This document shows positions 30,242-39,000 of a stretch of 64,000 nt of DNA, piece after piece. A program made the translations under genes and the position numbers. A model generated the notes under the pieces. The model ran no database searches. It was not told the DNA's origin and saw only the letters and a list, made by a program, of their open reading frames with translations. Source of the DNA: Phycisphaeraceae bacterium (GTDB lineage: Bacteria > Planctomycetota > Phycisphaerae > Phycisphaerales > Phycisphaeraceae); assembly GCA_963674705.1 (NCBI GenBank), contig OY771506.1, forward strand, positions 5,024,001 to 5,088,000, read 5' to 3'. Positions within the stretch are counted from its first letter, which is position 1. Each line of letters begins with the position of its first letter.

Positions 30242-31186
30242 ATGGGAATCGTTATGCGACTGCATCACTGGATAATCACGGCCTGTCTGTTACTCACATG
30301 CAGTACCCACTCGCTTCTGGGTGAGAGCAATAACGACTCAGATTCATCAAGTCAGGTCGCCGCCACAGAATCCGAGAATAGCAAGTCGACGCACGATCAA
30401 GCAGCATCCTGCGGCCAAGGCCATTGCAAGCGACAACATGGCGAATCGGGATGCAAAGGCAACTGTAAGAATTCGAATAAAGCAAAGGCTGAAGACACGA
30501 ATTCACAAACTGAGCCCGATCCAACGGATCAACCTTCGATAGCGGCAGCCGAAGATGATTCGGCAAACGGCTCGGAAGAACATGTCGGCGGGCCGCCTGC
30601 GTTCACCGAAGCGATCCACGCGCTATTGACCGCTCATGAAAAAATAACTCGCGAGGTGACGGATATCCCCAACGGGATCGAAGCGGTAACCACCAGCGAC
30701 GATCCTGTGGTAGCGGCGTTGATCCGTAAGCATGTTAAAGAAATGAGCGAACGCCTTGAGAACGGCCAGCCGGTGCGGCGGTGGGACCCGCTGTTCCGCG
30801 AGTTGTTCGTGCATTACAAGAAGATCCAGCTGGAAGTTATTGAAGTCGAGGGGGGTGTAAAAGTGCGTGAAACGTCGGATGATCCATCTGTGGTATTGCT
30901 GATTCGTCAGCACGCGCACAAGGGGGTGAGTGAATTTGTGCGTGACGGTTTTACACGGGCGCAAGCATCTTCGCCCTTGCCGGACGGCTATGTGGTAGCG
31001 GTAGAGACGGACGGCGCCGCCACTGAGCAATCGGGCATGGGACACGGACACAAACCGGGGATGGGACAAGGCCCAGGACGCGGACAGGGTCGGGGCATGG
31101 GCTGGGGACGACTACGCCATCAGCAACAAGACACATCTCCGGAAAGTGAGGCAGACGAATCCACCCCGGATACGCCGGCGTCCTGA
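30242..31186 (+). CDS. Secreted conserved hypothetical protein with Cys/His-containing N-terminal segment and Gly-rich tail
   Basis: Signal peptide, CGQGHCKRQHGESGCKGNC, globular core IHALL..HEKITR..TSDDP..WDPLF, GMGxG repeats. Confidence 0.65.
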   Translation: MGIVMRLHHWIITACLLLTCSTHSLLGESNNDSDSSSQVAATESENSKSTHDQAASCGQGHCKRQHGESGCKGNCKNSNKAKAEDTNSQTEPDPTDQPSIAAAEDDSANGSEEHVGGPPAFTEAIHALLTAHEKITREVTDIPNGIEAVTTSDDPVVAALIRKHVKEMSERLENGQPVRRWDPLFRELFVHYKKIQLEVIEVEGGVKVRETSDDPSVVLLIRQHAHKGVSEFVRDGFTRAQASSPLPDGYVVAVETDGAATEQSGMGHGHKPGMGQGPGRGQGRGMGWGRLRHQQQDTSPESEADESTPDTPAS

Positions 31187-31281
31187 CGTACTATGAACAT
31201 CAGAAGAAAAACAGCACCGCCCCTTTCGAGGCGGCGCTTGCCGTTTGTCCTGAGTTTTAATTGCAGCAGAATGCAGTGCAA

Positions 31282-31401
31282 TCAGCGGCGGCGCAGTATC
31301 GCAAGGCCACCGAGGCCCGTCAGGCTTAGTACCGTGGGTTCGGGTACGACGATGATCTGGATCGCGGTGCTTGCGGATAGAACAACTGCTGCTGAAAACA
31401 T
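31282..31401 (-). CDS. Minimal PEP-CTERM peptide (39 aa) or remnant of a deleted PEP-CTERM gene
   Basis: MFSAAVVLSASTAIQIIVVPEPTVLSLTGLGGLAILRRR. GGGAG upstream of ATG 31401. Confidence 0.55.
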   Translation of the reverse strand: MFSAAVVLSASTAIQIIVVPEPTVLSLTGLGGLAILRRR

Positions 31402-32151
31402 CTTCTTTCTCTCCCGCCCTGGGTACGGCTGTTGTTGCGGCCGGATCGGCCACAGGTTCACTAAATACTGATCTCTGTTCGTTTCGGGATGCATTGAATC
31501 CATCGTTGCACGACACGACGTCATGTGACACGATCAAGCGGCACAAAGGCGTGATGCGCGAATGACAGCCACGGGTGTCTTTCTCTGGCTCTCCCACAGG
31601 GTCAAATTGACAGGTGCGGCGGCCATGAACACATCGCTTATGTTCAACCAGGAACACCTGTAGATCGTGTCGTTCGTATTGTCGGGACCCCGGTGGAAAC
31701 GGGCATCCCCTGCTTAGCAGTCATCCAACCGCACAGATTGCGGACCGGATTGAGTTTGCTTCGGCCAGCGGATCGGAACACCACCTATTATGCAATAAGT
31801 ATTTACGTGGATATCAGCAAGAATCTTAGAATATATTTACATTAATAGTAAAACTAAAGTCTTTAAAATCCCTATATTGCCCCCCTGTAAGCTTAACCAT
31901 GGCTGATATCGCGGCGGATCGCTCATCCCGTATCCGAATCCACCAGCAGATGCGAATTGACACTGCAGATTTTGACCTTTCATGATACTCTTGAGCGGAT
32001 CGATTTGGGGGGTTTGGCAGATAATGGAATTCTTTTATGGGTGTAACATTTGCCCTTTGCTGTGAATGGGTACAATACCCTTACGGAAACTGACCCAGCC
32101 CAATACTCACCCGGATATTGATCCCGAAAGTAGCCCCCGCTTTCTCTCGAG

Positions 32152-32535
32152 TTGACTGATATGGAAAACCGTCGTCCCCGTCCCAATCGCCCGTTCCGAT
32201 CAAATCGGCCCAATCGTGGCCACGGTGGCCCGCCGCGTGGCCGAGGAGGAGGTGGTGGCCGTGGGGGCGGTCGCAAGCCACCGCCGCCGCCGATGCTGCT
32301 GGGCGAACCCTCGCCCTCCCTGGCTAAGATCAACACCATGAATATGGCCAAGCTGACCGAGAAGATCGCTCAGCTCGAGGAAGAGCAGACACGCGTCGGC
32401 GCCAAGCTCAGCCGACTCGAAGTCGTCGACCCCCGGCCCGAGGAGAAGATCAAGGCGGTCAAGGAATTGCTCGAGCGTTTAGCTGCGCTGAAAGAAGCCG
32501 CCGAAAAAACGGTTGGCCGGCAAGGCCGAACGTAA
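32152..32535 (+). CDS. Hypothetical protein with Arg/Gly/Pro-rich N-terminus and coiled-coil C-terminus
   Basis: RRPRPNRP...GRGGGGGRGGGRKPPPPP followed by a heptad-like helix. GC3-biased codons. Confidence 0.65.
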   Translation: MTDMENRRPRPNRPFRSNRPNRGHGGPPRGRGGGGGRGGGRKPPPPPMLLGEPSPSLAKINTMNMAKLTEKIAQLEEEQTRVGAKLSRLEVVDPRPEEKIKAVKELLERLAALKEAAEKTVGRQGRT

Positions 32536-32586
32536 GGCCGCACGCGAACAGCGCGGTGATTAAAATCGATCAACTTCCGGTGTAAC

Positions 32587-32668
32587 GGGTGCCACATCTT
32601 GATCGCGCAGCGACAAGGTGTGCTGGTTCATTCACACTTTGCTCCTTCGGAGCCAAAGTGTGGCACCC
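32587..32668. repeat. REP-like doublet GGGTGCCACA...TGTGGCACCC
   Basis: 10-bp terminal inverted repeat with two internal hairpins, between convergent genes. Confidence 0.7.
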
Positions 32669-32811
32669 ATCTCACTACGCATAATGTTACCCGCTTGATA
32701 AAAACAGTGTGATGACGCCTCATGCATCACCACACCGTCTGCCACTAACCATCATATGATTATCGACCGCTCAATCGCTGCGCGGTCGTTGCGCGATACG
32801 CCCGGGCGATG

Positions 32812-33462
32812 TTACTTGCCGGGCGCGGGTTGGGTCGTGGGAGGCTGTGTCTTCGATTCAGCCTCGTCGTCTTCCAACTCTTCATAGCCGGTGATCATGG
32901 CCTTGGTGTTCGCAAAGAGCGTTTCACCCGTCGACGCCAGGTAGATGTGGCCGATCACGAACACAACCAGCGCGAACGCACCGATCGTGTGGATCGTCGC
33001 CAGCACACCCATCGTCACCGGCCAACCGGCAGCCACCAGGTCGTTGTAATAGATCAGCATCATGCCGGTTGTCACCATGACGGGGATGATGAGGATCTTC
33101 AGCCCGAGGTAGGCCAGCCGCTGAAGCGGATTGAGCTTATTGAGCACGGTCTTGCGCACGGGGTGCGGCGCGTTTCTGAAGATGCCTGAGATGTAGTACT
33201 TGACCATCGCGCCGAGGTATTTGCGTGTGGGCATGTACTGCTTCCACTCACCGGTCGTGAAGTGCCAGAAGATGGCGAAAGCAATCAGGATGACAAGCGA
33301 CCAGGCAAACAGGTGATGCAGGTCGTGAGCTTGCTTGAAGTCGAACAAGCGGAAACGCGGGTAGTGGATATCCATGCCGGTAATCACCAGCAGGATGATC
33401 AACATGGCCTGCGCCCAGTGCCAGAAGCGTTCGAAGCGTTTATAAACGAGCACGCGTTTCAT
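32812..33462 (-). CDS. Di-heme cytochrome b subunit (thiosulfate reductase PhsC / Ni-hydrogenase CytB-like)
   Basis: ERFWHWAQA, His ligands in four TM helices, KLNPLQRLAY, HIYLA. ATGA overlap with the upstream gene. Confidence 0.88.
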   Translation of the reverse strand: MKRVLVYKRFERFWHWAQAMLIILLVITGMDIHYPRFRLFDFKQAHDLHHLFAWSLVILIAFAIFWHFTTGEWKQYMPTRKYLGAMVKYYISGIFRNAPHPVRKTVLNKLNPLQRLAYLGLKILIIPVMVTTGMMLIYYNDLVAAGWPVTMGVLATIHTIGAFALVVFVIGHIYLASTGETLFANTKAMITGYEELEDDEAESKTQPPTTQPAPGK

Positions 33463-35270
33463 GATGTGGCTCCGTTCTTGCGAAACATGATGCGAAGCAG
33501 GCCATGGCCCACACACGCAAGCAAGGTCATGATGATCAAGGCCCAGCCCACGTAATCCACCGTGACGACGCCGTCACGCCCGGGCATGTAGAAGCCGGTC
33601 AACCGTGCGAGCCGGCCGTCGGTGGTGTGGCATTCATTACATGCCACCGCGTTCTCACGTGGGGCGACCATGTGTGACAGCGGCCAGGTCATTTCCGTCT
33701 GGATCCACCCCAACTCACCGCTGAAAGGCAGTTCGTTATATGCATTACCCGCAACAACGGCACGCTTCCAGTCGTAGCTCTTCCAATAGGCCTCGGCCTT
33801 ATCCTCGCCGTTGGGGAAAAGCTTCGGCGTCACGAGGGTCTTGTTCTTGATGTCGTAAGGCTGGATGCCGCGGTGGACCTTGATCGGCCAGATGCGCGAC
33901 TTCGGATCGTCGTACCCGCCGTGCGGCGTGTTGATACGCACGATCGGCTTGTCCATATCCAGCTTGTCGAATGCGCCTTTAAAGATGCCGGGTTGATCCT
34001 TGGCCGGTGTCTGGTCGTCGACCTTGTCGCCAAAGAAGGTGTGGTCCATCTTGCCGTTGAACCAGACATACTCGGGTTGCTCATCCTTGATCCAGATAAA
34101 CTCCCCTTTCATGGTGTCGTAGGTCTTGATGTGCGTACCCTTGACCTCGCCACCCTTGACCATGGGCTTGCCGTTCTCGTCCTTCTCACCGGCCTTGGAC
34201 CAGTCCCACCACATCTTGGTCGGCCTCTCGCGCGCCATCGTCGGGATGTGGCACGTCTGGCAGGCGACCTTGTCGGTGTGATCGTTGAGTTTCTGGTCCT
34301 GGTGCGCCGCTTTGCTGTGACAACTCTCACAAGCCAGGAGGTTGGAACGTTTACCCGTGCCGCGCATCACGTAGCTGCGGTCGTCCACCGCCGGGAACGT
34401 GAAGTATCGGCCGGCGATCTGGTGGGCACGCGTCGTGTGGCAGTCGGTGCACTTGAAGTCGAGGTTTTCCGAGTGCATGTGCACATCAAGACTCTTATTG
34501 GGCATCGCTAGCGACACGTCCATGTCGCCGTGCTTCACACCTTCACCACCCCCGCCGAAGAAGTGGCACGTGCCGCAGTTGTGGCGCGCGGGTTTGCCGA
34601 CGTTCTGCGCGACGAACGTGAGGTCAGCCGGCTGCCAGATATTGCCCGAGCCCTTCGGCCATTCCTTAGGCTCATAGTTCGGATGCCCCGCATCGACCGG
34701 AAACTTGCGATAGGTCTTGGTCGTGTCGTGACAGACCAGACAGTCGACGAGTGTTTCATTGGTGAAGTCGAAGTTCTTATCTTTCCAGCCGTAGCCCGCG
34801 TGGCACGAGGTGCAGCGCGGTTCGTTGGAGCCCAGCGCGATGCAGAAGTTATTGATGACGTGTTCGGCTTTACCGATGTATTTGCCGGTCTTGGCGTCCG
34901 GATGGCGCGATCGCCAAGTCCAGTGCATCGTGCCCATGATCTGCTTGGCGGCCTCGGTGTGACAACCAAGACACGCGGCAGTGACTTCCGGTCCGGTCTT
35001 GAATTCCACTTGAAGCTGGGGCAGCTTGGTGTGGTCGACCGTAGGAGCGATGTCCGGCTCAGGGTTCGCATCACCCAACGCCGGGGCCTGCATCACATCC
35101 GCGGTGGCGGGGTCGAGTTTGGCGGCGGGGCCTTTGGCATCAGAAGTCGGCTCGGTCTGCCCCACCGAGCTGAAGGCGATGATCAGCACGGCCAGCGCCA
35201 CCGCCCACGGCGCCATCAGCCAGGCAGAGGAAGGTTTGCTTGACGGTCCGGCCTTGTGTTTCGGATCCAT
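33459..35270 (-). CDS. Octaheme c-type cytochrome, tetrathionate reductase (OTR) family, with C-terminal TM anchor
   Basis: Eight CxxCH motifs (CLGCH, CTSCH, CLVCH, CGTCH, CTDCH, CESCH, CQTCH, CNECH), plus INNFC, GGGGEGVKHGD and TKMWWDWS. Confidence 0.92.
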   Translation of the reverse strand: MDPKHKAGPSSKPSSAWLMAPWAVALAVLIIAFSSVGQTEPTSDAKGPAAKLDPATADVMQAPALGDANPEPDIAPTVDHTKLPQLQVEFKTGPEVTAACLGCHTEAAKQIMGTMHWTWRSRHPDAKTGKYIGKAEHVINNFCIALGSNEPRCTSCHAGYGWKDKNFDFTNETLVDCLVCHDTTKTYRKFPVDAGHPNYEPKEWPKGSGNIWQPADLTFVAQNVGKPARHNCGTCHFFGGGGEGVKHGDMDVSLAMPNKSLDVHMHSENLDFKCTDCHTTRAHQIAGRYFTFPAVDDRSYVMRGTGKRSNLLACESCHSKAAHQDQKLNDHTDKVACQTCHIPTMARERPTKMWWDWSKAGEKDENGKPMVKGGEVKGTHIKTYDTMKGEFIWIKDEQPEYVWFNGKMDHTFFGDKVDDQTPAKDQPGIFKGAFDKLDMDKPIVRINTPHGGYDDPKSRIWPIKVHRGIQPYDIKNKTLVTPKLFPNGEDKAEAYWKSYDWKRAVVAGNAYNELPFSGELGWIQTEMTWPLSHMVAPRENAVACNECHTTDGRLARLTGFYMPGRDGVVTVDYVGWALIIMTLLACVGHGLLRIMFRKNGATS

Positions 35271-35317
35271 GTCGGTCCCCTGTTTTTATCCGCACCTTTT
35301 TATATGTGACTGTATAC

Positions 35318-35331
35318 AGATATAAATATCT
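35318..35331. promoter_or_regulatory. Candidate ArsR operator, 6-2-6 palindrome AGATAT-AA-ATATCT
   Basis: Perfect inverted repeat in the divergent octaheme/ArsR intergenic region. Confidence 0.45.
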
Positions 35332-35450
35332 TGTGGTATGATACAATCTGTCGACCAAAACACAACCCGGTCTTGATAGTAATGGCCGGAAATGAATCTC
35401 TACAATGCGTTTTACCGACAGCAGGCTAAGCCACGCACCCGGAGTTTGCG

Positions 35451-35762
35451 ATGGAAACCAATTCTGACAGGATCCCTGAAAAGCACCTTGAAATCGCAGC
35501 GAACGTGCTGAAGGTGATCGCGCACCCCAAGCGGCTACGGATCAACGAGCTGTTGATTCAGCATAAACAATTAAAGGTTAATGATTTAGCGGAACTGATG
35601 GACACCCCGCCCAACACTATCAGTCAGCACCTGAAGTTGCTGAAAGCCTACAACATCGTGGATTCGAGGCGGGAAGGTCGATACGTCTACTACATCAGCA
35701 CTCACCCAGCGGCCGCGACAATGCTCTCCTGCATCCGCAAAAACAGCGGTCGATTTGCCTGA
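35451..35762 (+). CDS. ArsR/SmtB family transcriptional regulator
   Basis: LKVIAHPKRLRI...ISQHLKLLK...SRREGRYVYY. Confidence 0.9.
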   Translation: METNSDRIPEKHLEIAANVLKVIAHPKRLRINELLIQHKQLKVNDLAELMDTPPNTISQHLKLLKAYNIVDSRREGRYVYYISTHPAAATMLSCIRKNSGRFA

Positions 35763-36060
35763 TGGTGATGCTGAATCCGAATACATCTAAATACACACGT
35801 TATGTGGATAAAGAAGTCGCCGGGTGGGCTGTCTGAAGAATACTTCGCCCATTGATCAAATACCGGGGCGCCGAAGTTCAAACTTCTCCCCAGTATCGAG
35901 CAGGCACCCTGTCATATGCAAAAGATCGATCACGGTCGTTGACGTCGCAAACTTGTACTATTTAAACACTTAGTAATCAAAGAAGTGCTTGAATATACGC
36001 ACCAAATAAAATACTTTACTCGTAAATTCGGGGCTCTTTCTACCTGGTGGGGAAAACAAT

Positions 36061-39000
36061 ATGTCAGGTTGGGATTACTACAAACTCACTTCATTTTCAT
36101 CAACACAACCCTCTGACACACAACACACACCCGGGGCTGTTTTCGAGGTGTTGGAGCCTCGACTGCTGTTGAGCGGATCACCGACCGTGCAAGTCACGAT
36201 CGATCCGGCTTCAGCTATTGGATTTGAAAACACAACTACCCTGCTGGAGAACGACACCACCTACCAGCAGCAGACACAGTACGACAACTTCTTCTTCCCG
36301 AACGTCGTGACGTTCGACTTCACGGTTGAGACCGATGCCTTCAACGGCGTCATCGACCTGACCGTGCTGTCGGACCTGAACGGCCCGAGGGAAACCGTCG
36401 CTTACGACATTGAAGGCGTTGTCAGCGGCATCCTGTTTACTGAAGAAGACGATGGGGTCCGCCCGTTCACCGCGACAATCGAACTGACCGATGCTGACTT
36501 GGCCATAATCGCCGCAGACGGGAACCTGCACATCGAGTTTACCCCTTCATCGCGTGTGGATGACTTCGCGGGTGTGCAGGAATATGTCACGGTCGGCCTG
36601 ACTTACCAGCAGCCGGTTGGTGGTTCGATTTCCGGCAGCGTATGGGCTGATGTCGACAAAGACGGCGTGCGTACCGAGAGCGAGCCGGGGATGCCCAGCG
36701 TGACCGTCTTCCTCGATGAAGATAGCGACAACGCGCTGGATTGGAACGACCTTGACAACGACAACGAATGGGATGCAGGCGAGGGTGAACGTTGGGTTAC
36801 CACATCCGAAGACCGGGAAGCCACTGCCTCGATAAACGAGGCGGGCAGTTATCAGTTCAGCGGGTTAGAAGCCAGGGAATACCACGTGGTGATCCAGCCT
36901 GCGCAGACTTTTGATCTGACCAATCAGACAGACTACACGTGGAGCGATTCGCCTGTGCGGACGCAGACACTATCAGCGCCCGAGGTCTATCCGGCGATTG
37001 GTTTCGGTTGGGACGTGGCCCAAGCAGGCGGCCGGCTGCTGGTCGGCGCTGACTTACCACCGGAGGCGGGCTACCTGGGCGGAGCCTACGTCTACCACGA
37101 AACCACGGACGGCTACCACCTGGAGGCGGTCCTGCGAGTCCCGGAAAACGCCGGGGTCGACACGTTGTTACCGAAGCATGTCGCGCTGAATGATGAGTGG
37201 GCGGCGATCGCGGGGTGGATAAAAGTCGACGGAGCCGAAGTCCCTGCGATCACCTTGTTCCACCGGGCCGGAAGCACGTGGACATGGCATTCGGTGGTCA
37301 CTCCCACGGGCATCAACGATGTGTCCTCGTATATAGACTTCAATGTCGCTCTGTCTAATGATGCAATGGTCGTGTCGTCGTTGAGGTCCCAGCAGGCCTG
37401 GGTTTTCGAACTGCAAGAAAATGTTTGGACACAGGTGATCGAGTTAACACCCGAGGGCCTTGAATCAGACTACGGGTACGGCAGAACCATCGCATTCGAC
37501 GGGCAGACGGTTGCCATCAATGCGCCTTACGAGAACGACGTGTCTTACCTGGAAGGATCGCTCTACATCTACGAGCGTGTTGACGGGGTGTGGACGCAAA
37601 CCGCCAAGTTTGCACATCGCATCGGTTGGCAAAACGTTCATACAAACCTCGCTGTATCAGGCGACCTGATCGTCTCAGGCGGATCGTCTAGTGGGCATCA
37701 GTATTACAACGGCTACGATTACGTTTACCGCAAGACGGAGCAGGGCTGGCAGTTCGAACAGAAGCTGATAAGCCTGGATACGGTCGACGGCAACAACCTT
37801 GGCAGGTCGGTTGCGATCGTGGGCGACGCGATCGCCTCGCTATCGCCATACAAAGATGAAACCGAGAAGACTACAGGTGCTGTCTATATCTTCGAGCACA
37901 ACGGCACAGAGTGGGTCCAGACACGCTACCTGACCGAACCCGATCTCGTTAAAGGCGATGGCACGGTGAGTCAGCTACATGCTGTCGGCGACACATTGGT
38001 GATAGCAGCATACGGGCACGACACGTATATGGGTGGTGACGGCGGACTGTTCTTTTACAGACCTGGCAGTGCGCCTGTCAGGGCCACAGTCACGCTGGGT
38101 GACCAGGAACATGTCGTCCTCGACGATGTGGGCCTGACACAGCACGCGCTTAGTATCGACCTGCTGCCCGAATCGGACACGGGATACAACGACAGCGACC
38201 GTGTCACAGCGATGAACAATCAGGATTCGGCAAGCCGACTTGGATTCAGGCTGCATGGATTGAACCCCGGCGTAGAGGTCACGCTCTACCGGGACGACGG
38301 CGTGGCGATCGGTTCGGGCATCGCAACGGGGTACAGCCTTGATTTGTTTACAGATGGATCAACCCAGCTAGCTGAAGGCCTGCAATTCATCGAAGCTCGC
38401 CTGACACTACCCGATGGACAGACCTGGCTCACCGGCCAATGGATCGACGTGGTGATCGACACCGCCTCGCCGATCGTGACGTTCAATCCGCAGTCCACCG
38501 TAGGATTAGCCCCAACTCTCTTGGGTGAAGTCGATCAACCCGACACACGGCTATGGGTAACGGTCGATGGGCATACCCTCGAGGCATCGGTTAACGAGAC
38601 GGGGTCTTGGACGATCGCGGCAGGTGAGATCCCGGCTTTAGCGGTCGGTAACTACGACGTGCAGGTTCATGCGGTGGATGCAGCCGGCAATGAGATGGAC
38701 GCGCTTTACGAAAACGCGTTGATCGCAACCGCTTCGGCGCAGATCAACGGCGTCGTGTGGCAAGATGTCAACGGTGACGGCGAGTTAGACGTCGAGGATA
38801 AAGGGCTGGCCGGGATTGCGGCCTACCTCGACTTAAATGTTGATGGTTTGTGGAGCCCCGGGGAACCGCGTCAACTCACCACCGCTGATAATCCCGAGAC
38901 ACCTGAAGACGAAGCCGGCCGATACACCTTCACCGATCTGCCCGAGGGCGACTACTTCGTCCGCCTGGATGTACTTAACACTGACTACCGCATCACGAGC

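Noticed and set aside
31700..31765. c-di-GMP-I riboswitch (GCAAAC...GCTAAGC)
   Set aside because: It lacks the GNRA-capped P2 and the GACGCAAAGC signature, so it is kept only as an unassigned structured leader.
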